From positions 12,357-76,356 of the forward strand of contig CBDASJ010000029.1 in the NCBI GenBank assembly GCA_965199555.1: DNA of 64,000 bases, in the 5' to 3' direction. Under the pieces are notes generated by a model. The model had not been told where the DNA came from. It saw only the letters and a list, made by a program, of their open reading frames with translations, and searched no databases. The position numbers and the translations under genes were made by a program. Shown one piece after another: positions 38,717 through 46,785 of the stretch. The DNA comes from Acetobacteraceae bacterium. Lineage in GTDB: Bacteria; Pseudomonadota; Alphaproteobacteria; Acetobacterales; Acetobacteraceae. How positions within the stretch are numbered: the first letter of the stretch is position 1; each line of letters opens with the position of its first letter.

Positions 38717-39598
38717 TCACGCGACGTTGCAGCGGCGGGGAACGCCGCGCTCGCCGGGCTGCAGGCGGAGCAGCGCCCCGGCCAGCGGTTCCTGCCGGCG
38801 CTGCTCGGGCGTCAGCTTGTCGGTCGCGGTGGTGACGTAAAGCTCCGCCAAATCCGGCCCGGCGAAGCAGCACATGGTGGGCTGGCTGACCGGCAAGGCC
38901 ACCGTGCGGTCCAGCGAGCCGTCCGCGTGGAACCGGCGCAGGCTGCCGCCGCCGTGCAGGGCGCACCAATAGCCGCCCGCGGTGTCGACCGCGGCGCCGT
39001 CCGGCAGGCCGTCCGCTTCGGGGATCGTTGCGAATACGGCCTTGTCGCCGATGCGTCCGCCGGCATAGGCGAAGCGGTGGATGGTGCCGCGGTTGCTGTG
39101 GGACAGGAACATGCGGGCGCCGTCGGCACTCCAGGCCATGCCGTTGTGCAACTCGGCCAGGTCCGGCTCCGCCCGCAAGCCGCCGGCGCGCGTGTAGCTG
39201 TGCAGCGCGCCCTTCAACGGTGGGCTGGCCGGGTCGGCGGGATCGAACATCACGCCCACCCAGAACCGGCCATCCGGATCGCAGCCGCCCTCGTTGAAGC
39301 GGTGCATCGCCGGGTCGAACGGCGGCGGGGCGACCAGCGCCGTGTCGCCTGTGGCAAAGTCCAACCGGTGCAGGCCGCTGCGCAAGGCGACCAACGCCCC
39401 GTCGCCGCCCGGCAGCAGGGCAAAGCCGCCGATGTCGGACCCCACCGTCCAGCGATCGAGCTTGCCGGAGCCGGGATGGAGCCGGAACAGCGCCGGGGCC
39501 TTCACGTCGATGAAGTAGAGCGTCCCCTCCCCGGCCGACCAGGTCGGCGACTCCCCTATGATGGTGTTCGCCTGAAGCACGACCTCGATATCCGCCAT
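38717..39598 (-). CDS. SMP-30/gluconolactonase/LRE family protein
   Basis: ATG 39598 (MADIEVVLQANTIIGESPTW...). Beta-propeller-type repeats and ...FNEGGCDPDGRFWVG... are typical of lactonases. Confidence 0.8.
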   Translation of the reverse strand: MADIEVVLQANTIIGESPTWSAGEGTLYFIDVKAPALFRLHPGSGKLDRWTVGSDIGGFALLPGGDGALVALRSGLHRLDFATGDTALVAPPPFDPAMHRFNEGGCDPDGRFWVGVMFDPADPASPPLKGALHSYTRAGGLRAEPDLAELHNGMAWSADGARMFLSHSNRGTIHRFAYAGGRIGDKAVFATIPEADGLPDGAAVDTAGGYWCALHGGGSLRRFHADGSLDRTVALPVSQPTMCCFAGPDLAELYVTTATDKLTPEQRRQEPLAGALLRLQPGERGVPRRCNVA

Positions 39599-39628
39599 GG
39601 CTGCCAGTCTTCCGATCCGGGACGCGGC

Positions 39629-39658
39629 CAAACGCATGGCCGTTTGTTCACCGAACAA
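39629..39658. promoter_or_regulatory. Two overlapping palindromes in a divergent intergenic region (candidate GntR-type operator)
   Basis: CAAACG-n6-CGTTTG lies at 39629-39646 and TTGTTC-acc-GAACAA at 39644-39658. They sit between the SMP-30 gene (-) and the PoxB-like gene (+). A GntR regulator lies downstream of the SMP-30 gene on the same strand. Confidence 0.3.
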
Positions 39659-39729
39659 CGCAGTTCGGGCTGAAACGGCTTTCCAGGCCGCACGTAATAC
39701 CGTGGTGGGTAGCGCACGGGAGCCTGGGC

Positions 39730-41520
39730 ATGAGCATGACCGTCAGTGAGTTCGTTTGGCACCGGTTGGCCGAGTGGGGCATCAAGCGGGTGTTCGGCTA
39801 CCCCGGGGACGGCGTGGGCGGATTGGACGTGGCGCTGGAAAAGGCCCAGGCCGCCGACGGCATCGAATACGTGCAGGTGCGGCACGAGGAAATGGCGGCC
39901 TTCATGGCCTCGGCCCACGCCAAGTTCACCGGCGAGGTCGGCGTTTGCTATGCCACCTCCGGCCCCGGTGCCACCCACCTGTTGACCGGGCTGTACGACG
40001 CAAAGATGGACCACGTGCCGGTCGTCGCCATCGTGGGCCAGCAGGCGCGCACCGCCATCGGCGCGAACTACCAGCAAGAGGTCGACCTGCAATCCGCGTT
40101 CAAGGACGTGGCCAGCGAGTTCGTCGTCACCGCCATGGTGCCGCAGCAGATCCGCCACCTAGTCGACCGCGCAGTGCGGATCGCATCCAGCACCCGCAGC
40201 GTCACCTGCATCATCATCCCGAACGACTTGCAACTGCTGGATTACGCCGATCCGCCGCTGGCCCATGGCACCACCCACACCGGCGTCGGCTACGCCATGA
40301 CCGCAAAGACGCCGGACGGGGACGCGCTGGCCCAAGCGGCGGCGGTGCTGAACGCGGGCAAGAAGGTGGCCATGCTGGTCGGCGCCGGCGCCTTGAACGC
40401 GACCGAGGAGGTGACGGCCGTGGCCGAGCGCCTGCAGGCCGGCGTGGCCAAGGCGCTGCTGGGCAAGGCGGTGCTGCCGGACGACCTGCCTTGGGTGACG
40501 GGCGGCATCGGGCTGCTTGGCACCGCGCCGTCCTGGAACCTGATGCAGGACTGCGACACGCTGCTGATGGTCGGCTCGTCCTTTCCGTACAGCGAGTTCC
40601 TGCCCAAACCCGGCAACGCCCGCGGCGTGCAGATCGACAGCGACCCCACCCGGCTTTCCCTGCGCTACCCGATGGAGGTGAACGTTGCCGGCGACAGCGC
40701 GGCCAGTTTACGCGCCCTGCTGCCCCTGCTGGAGCAGAAGGAAGCGGGCGCATGGCGCAAGGACATCGCCACGGATGTCGGCAAGTGGTGGGAGACGTTG
40801 GAAACGCGGGCCATGATCCCGGCCGAGCCGATCAACCCGCAGCGTGTGTTCTGGGAATGCTCCAAGCGGCTGCCCGAGAACACCATCATGACGGGCGACA
40901 GTGGCTCGGTGGCGAACTGGTATGGCCGCGACATCAAGATGCGACGCGGCATGATGGGTTCGCTATCGGGCAGCCTCGCCTCCCTGGGGGCCGCAACGCC
41001 CTATGCCGTAGCGGCCAAGTTCGCGTTTCCGGATCGCGTGGTGCTGGGCTTCATCGGCGACGGCGCGATGCAGATGAACGGACTGAACGTGATGATCACC
41101 GTGTCCAAATACTGGCGGCGGTGGTCGAACCCCAAATTCATCATCATGGTGCTCAACAACCAGGACCTGAACCAGGTGACCTGGGAGGAGCGGGTTCAAC
41201 TCGGCACCGGCAAGACGGAGTCGACGCAGGCCATTCCGGATTTCGCCTATCACAGCTACGCCGAGTTGCTGGGCTTGAAGGGCATCGTGGTGCGCGACCC
41301 GGAGCAATTGGGCGCAGCGTGGGACGAGGCGTTCAATGCCGACCGCCCGGTGATCATGAACGTCTATGCGGATCCCAACGTGCCGCCGCTGCCGCCGCAT
41401 ATCACCTTCAAGGACGCGAAGAACTTCGTGACCATGATCGGCAGCGAACCTGAACTGGGCAGCGTACTCAAGAACAGCGTGAAGCAGGTGCTGGCCGGCG
41501 TGCTGCCTGGCCACCACTGA
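39730..41520 (+). CDS. Thiamine-pyrophosphate enzyme, pyruvate oxidase / pyruvate dehydrogenase (quinone) PoxB-like
   Basis: ...RVFGYPGDGVGGL...YVQVRHEEMAAFMASAHAKFTGEVGVCYATSGPGATHLLTGLYDAKMDHVPVVAIVGQ..., with the TPP motif GFIGDGAMQMNGLNVMIT...NN. The product is 596 aa. Confidence 0.85.
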   Translation: MSMTVSEFVWHRLAEWGIKRVFGYPGDGVGGLDVALEKAQAADGIEYVQVRHEEMAAFMASAHAKFTGEVGVCYATSGPGATHLLTGLYDAKMDHVPVVAIVGQQARTAIGANYQQEVDLQSAFKDVASEFVVTAMVPQQIRHLVDRAVRIASSTRSVTCIIIPNDLQLLDYADPPLAHGTTHTGVGYAMTAKTPDGDALAQAAAVLNAGKKVAMLVGAGALNATEEVTAVAERLQAGVAKALLGKAVLPDDLPWVTGGIGLLGTAPSWNLMQDCDTLLMVGSSFPYSEFLPKPGNARGVQIDSDPTRLSLRYPMEVNVAGDSAASLRALLPLLEQKEAGAWRKDIATDVGKWWETLETRAMIPAEPINPQRVFWECSKRLPENTIMTGDSGSVANWYGRDIKMRRGMMGSLSGSLASLGAATPYAVAAKFAFPDRVVLGFIGDGAMQMNGLNVMITVSKYWRRWSNPKFIIMVLNNQDLNQVTWEERVQLGTGKTESTQAIPDFAYHSYAELLGLKGIVVRDPEQLGAAWDEAFNADRPVIMNVYADPNVPPLPPHITFKDAKNFVTMIGSEPELGSVLKNSVKQVLAGVLPGHH

Positions 41521-41523
41521 ACC

Positions 41524-42621
41524 GTGCCGGGCATCTCCACGGTCCACGCGCGGGCCTTCACGATTCCGACGGACGCGCCGGAGGCGGATGGCACGGCGAC
41601 GTGGGACAAGACCACACTCGTTGTGGTGACTATACAGGCCGGCAAATGGCAAGGCTCCGGTTATACCTACGCTGATCCAGCCGCTGCCGCGGTGATCAGT
41701 GGCAAGCTCGCCGAAGTAGTGGCCGGCCGGGACGCCATAGACCCACCCGGCGCATGGCGATCCATGGTTCACGCCGTGCGAAATCTTGGCCGCGATGGGC
41801 TGTGCGCCATGGCGATATCGGCCGTCGACACCGCACTGTGGGACTTGAAGGCGCGCGTCCTGGGCGTGCCGCTGGCGCTGTTGTTGGGCCGCTACCGTGA
41901 GTCGGTGCCGATCTACGGCAGCGGGGGCTTCACCAGCTACGACGACACGACGCTGGCCCGGCAGCTCTCGAGTTGGGTGGAGCGGGATGGCTGCCGCTGG
42001 GTCAAGATGAAGATCGGCAGCGAGCCGGACCGCGATCCCGCCCGGGTGCAAGCAGCCAAGGCCGCCATCGGCGACGCTGCCCTCTTCGTCGATGCCAACG
42101 GTGCGCTGTCCGTGAAGCAGGCGCAGCACCTCGCCACGGTGTTTGCGGCCGAAGCCGATGTGCGCTGGTTTGAGGAGCCGGTGTCCTCCGACGATCTGGA
42201 CGGGCTGCACCGTATGCGCGAGGGCGTGCCCGCCCCGATGGAGGTCGCCGCCGGAGAGTACGGCTACGCGCCGGGATATTTCACCCGCATGCTGGCCGCC
42301 GGTGCGGTGGACGTGTTGCAAGCGGACGCTACGCGCTGCGGCGGCGTAACCGGCTTCCTGCACGTGGCGTCGATCTGCGAAGGCTTCCACTCCGACCTGT
42401 CGGCCCATTGCGCGCCGTCCCTGCATCGGCATCTCGGTTGTGCCGCTTCCCGGTTCCGGCACGTGGAATGGTTCCACGATCACGTCCGGATCGAGCAGAT
42501 GCTGTTCGACGGCGCCCCAATTGCCGCGGGCGGACAGATCGCACCGGATTGGCAGCGGCCGGGATTGGGGCTGGAACTGAAAGAAGCCGACGCCGCACGC
42601 TTCGAAGTGAGGGCCGCATGA
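41524..42621 (+). CDS. Enolase superfamily enzyme (mandelate racemase/muconate lactonizing family)
   Basis: GTG start 3 nt after the upstream stop. ...AISAVDTALWDLKARVLGVPLALLLG..., with metal ligands in FVDANGA / WFEEP / AAGEY context. Confidence 0.85.
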   Translation: MPGISTVHARAFTIPTDAPEADGTATWDKTTLVVVTIQAGKWQGSGYTYADPAAAAVISGKLAEVVAGRDAIDPPGAWRSMVHAVRNLGRDGLCAMAISAVDTALWDLKARVLGVPLALLLGRYRESVPIYGSGGFTSYDDTTLARQLSSWVERDGCRWVKMKIGSEPDRDPARVQAAKAAIGDAALFVDANGALSVKQAQHLATVFAAEADVRWFEEPVSSDDLDGLHRMREGVPAPMEVAAGEYGYAPGYFTRMLAAGAVDVLQADATRCGGVTGFLHVASICEGFHSDLSAHCAPSLHRHLGCAASRFRHVEWFHDHVRIEQMLFDGAPIAAGGQIAPDWQRPGLGLELKEADAARFEVRAA

Positions 42622-43568
42622 ACACGCGCAACACCACCGCCGTGGCGGTGTCCGGCCTGGCCCTGCTGGGGCTGTCGGCCATGACCCTCAGCCGCCCGCG
42701 CGCGCAGAAATCCGCCTTGGTTCCGGTCATGCCGGCGCTGGACCCCAAGGCCAGCGTGCGCGCGGCACAGCGGCTCAACCGGGCGGCGGGCGTGCTGGCC
42801 GCCTCGGTGCTGGCGGATAGCGCGGTGGAGCATTACCGCGGCGCTTTTGCCAACCGGGCCATGTTCACCCCGCTGGTGACGGCCAGCCTGTCGCTCGCCG
42901 TCAGCGCGCACGGCAATGCGGACCATCGGCCAGTGCCGCACCGGGTTCGCGACACCATCTACTGCCTGGCGGCGCTGACGGGCGTGGTCGGCACGGCGTT
43001 CCACGCCTACAATGTGGGGAAGAAGCCCGGCGGCTTCTCCTGGCAAAACCTGTTCTATTCCGCCCCGCTGGGCGCCCCGGCAGCGCTCAGCCTGTCCGGC
43101 GCGATGGGCTTTCTGGCCGAGCGTGTGCGCGACACCAGGCCGGGCCAGGCGCCCACCATCCTAGGCCTGCCAGCCGGCCGCGTAGTGGCGGCCGCAACGG
43201 GCGCCGGCCTGTTGGGCACGGTTGGGGAAGCGGGGCTGCTGCACTTCCGCGGCGCGTTCAACAACCCGGCCATGTATGCCCCCGTAACCATCCCACCCGT
43301 CACCGCTGTCCTGTTGGGTGGGGCGGCACTGGGCCGCACCGGGCAGCGCCGCCCGGCGCTCCGCTGGTGGCTGCGACTGACCGCCGTCATGGGTTACGTC
43401 GGTGCCGGCTTCCACGTGCGCGGGGTGGCGCGGCAGATGGGCGGCTGGCGCAACTGGAGCCAGAACGTGCTGAACGGGCCGCCAATCCCCGCCCCGCCCA
43501 GCTTCACCGGCCTGGCCCTGGCTGGCCTCGCGGCCCTGGGCCTGATGGAGGACCATCCCGATGACTGA
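42618..43568 (+). CDS. Polytopic membrane protein with an internal two-fold repeat (function unknown)
   Basis: The ATG overlaps the upstream TGA (ATGA). 316 aa and hydrophobic. Residues 56-165 and 193-302 are homologous at a constant offset of 137 aa. Confidence 0.65.
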   Translation: MNTRNTTAVAVSGLALLGLSAMTLSRPRAQKSALVPVMPALDPKASVRAAQRLNRAAGVLAASVLADSAVEHYRGAFANRAMFTPLVTASLSLAVSAHGNADHRPVPHRVRDTIYCLAALTGVVGTAFHAYNVGKKPGGFSWQNLFYSAPLGAPAALSLSGAMGFLAERVRDTRPGQAPTILGLPAGRVVAAATGAGLLGTVGEAGLLHFRGAFNNPAMYAPVTIPPVTAVLLGGAALGRTGQRRPALRWWLRLTAVMGYVGAGFHVRGVARQMGGWRNWSQNVLNGPPIPAPPSFTGLALAGLAALGLMEDHPDD

Positions 43569-44202
43569 CCGCTATCCCGGCTATGACGTGCTGGCCAAGC
43601 AGGACACGCCGTCCTGGGACCAGGTGACCCGAGACGTGGTGGCCAAGCGGCTCGCCGTCCCCCGCCATCCGCGCTTCTTCACCGAGGCCGAGTGGGAAAC
43701 GCTGGCGGCGCTGTGCGACCGCATCATGCCGCAACCCGCCACGCGCCCGAAGGTGCCGCTGCCCGCCTACGTGGACGCCAAAATCACCGAGCAGCATCTG
43801 GACGGCTACCGCTACGCAGCCCTGCCCAAGCAGGGCGAGGCCTGGCAACGCGGCCTCGCGGCCCTGGACCGGGAAGCGCTGGACGCGCATGGCGCCCGCT
43901 TCCACACCCTGCCCGGCGACCAACAAGACGCCCTGATCACCCGCATGCAGCACGGCGAGCTGAAAAGCGAGGTCTGGAGCGGCATGCCGTGCAAGCTGTT
44001 CTTCGAACACCGGGTGATCGCCGACATCACCCATGCCTACTACGCCCATCCGACGGCCTGGAATGAACTCGGTTTCGGCGGCCCGGCCAGTCCGCGCGGC
44101 TATGTCCGCATGGGCTTGGACCGGCGAGACCCGTGGGAAGCGGCCGAAGCCAAGCCCGGCGAGGAAGCCCGCGGCCGGCGGGAGAACACGCGTGGCATCT
44201 AA
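43561..44202 (+). CDS. Gluconate 2-dehydrogenase subunit 3 family protein (no Tat signal)
   Basis: ...EAEWETLAALCDRIMPQ...FHTLPGDQQDALITRMQ...FFEHRVIADITHAYYAHPTAWNELGFGGPASPRGY resembles the small subunit of membrane FAD-dehydrogenases. It overlaps the upstream gene by 8 nt. Confidence 0.72.
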   Translation: MTDRYPGYDVLAKQDTPSWDQVTRDVVAKRLAVPRHPRFFTEAEWETLAALCDRIMPQPATRPKVPLPAYVDAKITEQHLDGYRYAALPKQGEAWQRGLAALDREALDAHGARFHTLPGDQQDALITRMQHGELKSEVWSGMPCKLFFEHRVIADITHAYYAHPTAWNELGFGGPASPRGYVRMGLDRRDPWEAAEAKPGEEARGRRENTRGI

Positions 44203-44284
44203 CCCCTCCACCGACCCGTCCGCCGCACCGCGCGCCACGGGCGGCCGCGCGCCGGACGTGTTCAAGGTCGGCGGCTGGGTGCCG

Positions 44285-45859
44285 ATGGCGCAGTTCCGCG
44301 AAGACGAGGAGGTGGATTTCGTTGTCGTCGGCACGGGTGCCGGTGGCGGCCCCGTCATCGCCGGGCTGGCGGAGGCCGGCTTCTCCGTCATCGGCTTCGA
44401 TGCCGGGCCGTATTTTCGTCCGCTGGAGGATTTCGCCTCCGACGAGACGGAGCAGAACAAGCTGTATTGGACGGACGAGCGTGTCGTGGACGGTGCCAAT
44501 CCCATGGTGATGGGTGGCAAGAACAGCGGCAAGGCCGTCGGCGGCAGCACCGTCCACTTCGCCATGGTGTCGCTGCGCTTCCGGCCCGAATGGTTCAAGT
44601 CCCGCAGCGTAATGGGCTACGGCGCCGACTGGCCGCTCGATTGGCGGGAGATGTGGGATTATTACGGCCGGGCGGAACGGGCGCTCAGCATTTCCGGCCC
44701 GGTTAACTATCCCTGGGGCCCGTCCCGCCCGCGCTACCCGTACCGCGCGCACGAGTTAAACGGCGCTGCCGAAATCCTGGGCCGCGGGGCCGAGGCGATG
44801 GGGTATCGCTGGTCGCCCACGCCGCTGGCCACCGTATCCGCCCCGCACGGCAAATCCCCGCCTTGCGTGTATCGCGGCTTCTGCCGCTTTGGCTGCTCCA
44901 CCAATGCCAAGCAAAGCCAGTTGGTCACCTTCATCCCCCGTGCATTGAAGGCCGGTGCGGAAATCCGCGACCTGGCCATGGTCGGTCGGATCGAGGTGAA
45001 GGACGGCCGGGCGACCGGCGTGCACTACATGCGTGAAGGCCAGTGGCGCTTCCAGCGCGCGCGCAACGTGATGGTGTCGGGTTACGCAGTGGAAACCCCT
45101 CGCCTGCTGCTCGCCTCCGCCACCGACCGGTATCCGGACGGGCTGGCCAACGGCTCCGGCCTGGTCGGCAAGAACCTGATGACGCAGTCCAACCAGGCCG
45201 TGTTCGGCACGATGGCGCAGGAGGTGCGATGGAACAAGGCGCCGCCTTCGCTGTCCATCACGGAACACTGGAATTACCAGGACAAGAAGGATTTCCACGG
45301 CGGCTATTGCTGGATGGCGCAGGGGCCGCTGCCGATCGAGTGGGCCACCATCCAGACCGGCTCCCGCGGCCTGTGGGGCCAGGCGCTGCGGGACGAGATG
45401 GAGAAGTACAACCACAGCGTCGGCTTGAAGATGGTTGGCGAGATGCTGCCGGACGAGCGCAACCGGGTGACGCTGGCCGACGACACCGACCAGTACGGCC
45501 TGCGCGTCGCCCGCGTGACCTATAGCTGGGGCGACAACGACAAGGAACTGATCCAGCACGCGCTGGACCAGATGCAGACCAGCCTGGAGTTGGTGGGCGC
45601 GCGGGACGTGTTCCGGCAAGAAAACGACACCAACCATCTGGGCGGCACCGCCCGCATGGGGTTCGACCGAGACACCAGCGTCGTCGACGCGGATTGCCGC
45701 AGTTGGGACATCCCGAACCTTTGGGTGTGCGACGGCTCCGTGTTCCCGACCGTGGGCGGCGTCAACCCCCATTTGACGATCACGGCGATCGCGATGCGGA
45801 CCGCGGACCGGATCAAGGCACTGGCCGCCGCCGGAGCGTTGCACCCGCGAGCCAATTAA
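44285..45859 (+). CDS. GMC family FAD-dependent oxidoreductase (large subunit of subunit-3-type dehydrogenases)
   Basis: VDFVVVGTGAGGGPVIAGLAEAGFSVIGFDAGP (Rossmann fold) and a C-terminal GMC pattern ...HLGGTARMG...WVCDGSVFPT. An alternative GTG start is at 44258. Confidence 0.85.
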   Translation: MAQFREDEEVDFVVVGTGAGGGPVIAGLAEAGFSVIGFDAGPYFRPLEDFASDETEQNKLYWTDERVVDGANPMVMGGKNSGKAVGGSTVHFAMVSLRFRPEWFKSRSVMGYGADWPLDWREMWDYYGRAERALSISGPVNYPWGPSRPRYPYRAHELNGAAEILGRGAEAMGYRWSPTPLATVSAPHGKSPPCVYRGFCRFGCSTNAKQSQLVTFIPRALKAGAEIRDLAMVGRIEVKDGRATGVHYMREGQWRFQRARNVMVSGYAVETPRLLLASATDRYPDGLANGSGLVGKNLMTQSNQAVFGTMAQEVRWNKAPPSLSITEHWNYQDKKDFHGGYCWMAQGPLPIEWATIQTGSRGLWGQALRDEMEKYNHSVGLKMVGEMLPDERNRVTLADDTDQYGLRVARVTYSWGDNDKELIQHALDQMQTSLELVGARDVFRQENDTNHLGGTARMGFDRDTSVVDADCRSWDIPNLWVCDGSVFPTVGGVNPHLTITAIAMRTADRIKALAAAGALHPRAN

Positions 45860-46003
45860 TCCACGGGCGGTCAGAAGTCTGATGCTTCAGCTCACACCCG
45901 CTAAGGTTGTGGCACAGAGCAGGGTGCTCAAGCGCAAGGGCGGGTTCGGCATCATCCTGATCGAAATCTGGCGAAGCCGGTGAGTCAACGACTGGCCTGC
46001 TCG

Positions 46004-46687
46004 TCAGCCGCCCGGCTGCTCGACACTTAGGTTCAGACTTAGCCGCGCGCGGACCACGTGTGCGCGCATCAGCCGTTCCGCCCCATCCGCATCGCGCGCG
46101 TGCAAGGCCGCCAATATCTGCCGGTGCTCCAGGGCCGCACCGGCCCGCTCCCGCGTCACGCCGCTCCGGGCGCGATACAGCCGCAGCAGCCCATACATGT
46201 CGCGGCACAGGTACTGGATCAGTTGCCGGTTGCGGCTTCCTTCCGCGATCCGCACGTGGAAGTCGTCGGTGCTGGGAAACGGCAGGTCGCCGCCGGTCCG
46301 CGCGGGGGAATGGTACACGTCGGCGCAGGAGCCAAGTGCCTCCAACTCCGCCGCCGTCATGTGCTGGGCCGCCAGGCGGCATGCCAACCCTTCCAGCACC
46401 TCGCGCATCAACAGGATCTCGTTCACCTCACCGTCGGAAAGGCTGACGACCCGCACGCCGCTATGCGGCACGCGCTGCACCAGCCTGCGCCCTTCCAGGC
46501 GGTTGATCGCTTCACGCAGCGGCCCGCGGCTGATGCCGAGTTTCCCGGCCAGTTCCGCCTCGCCCAACTGCACGCCCGGCGCCAACTGGCCGCTCATGAT
46601 GGCCCGGTCCAGCGTGTGGCAGGCGCGGTCCGCCAGCGTTTGCACGTCGATCCGCTCCACGCCCGCCTCCGTCCTGCTCGGTGGCAT
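46004..46687 (-). CDS. GntR family (FCD subfamily) transcriptional regulator
   Basis: ATG 46687. ...LGEAELAGKLGISRGPLREAINRLEGRRLVQRVPHSG.... The longer ORF up to 47209 is an Arg-rich shadow. Confidence 0.85.
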   Translation of the reverse strand: MPPSRTEAGVERIDVQTLADRACHTLDRAIMSGQLAPGVQLGEAELAGKLGISRGPLREAINRLEGRRLVQRVPHSGVRVVSLSDGEVNEILLMREVLEGLACRLAAQHMTAAELEALGSCADVYHSPARTGGDLPFPSTDDFHVRIAEGSRNRQLIQYLCRDMYGLLRLYRARSGVTRERAGAALEHRQILAALHARDADGAERLMRAHVVRARLSLNLSVEQPGG

Positions 46688-46721
46688 CGTTGAACCACGA
46701 CATCTCGTGCATGTAAAACGT

Positions 46722-46737
46722 TGATTGTTGACAATCA
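46722..46737. promoter_or_regulatory. 16-bp palindrome TGATTGT-TG-ACAATCA with embedded TTGACA (candidate GntR operator / -35)
   Basis: Perfect 7-bp arms with a GT...AC core, as in GntR-family operators. It lies in the divergent region between the GntR gene and the LeuC-like gene. TTGACA is at 46728-46733. Confidence 0.4.
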
Positions 46738-46785
46738 TGTCGTGCGCTTGGCAGGTTGCCCGGACGTCGCCGAGACGACGGAGGG

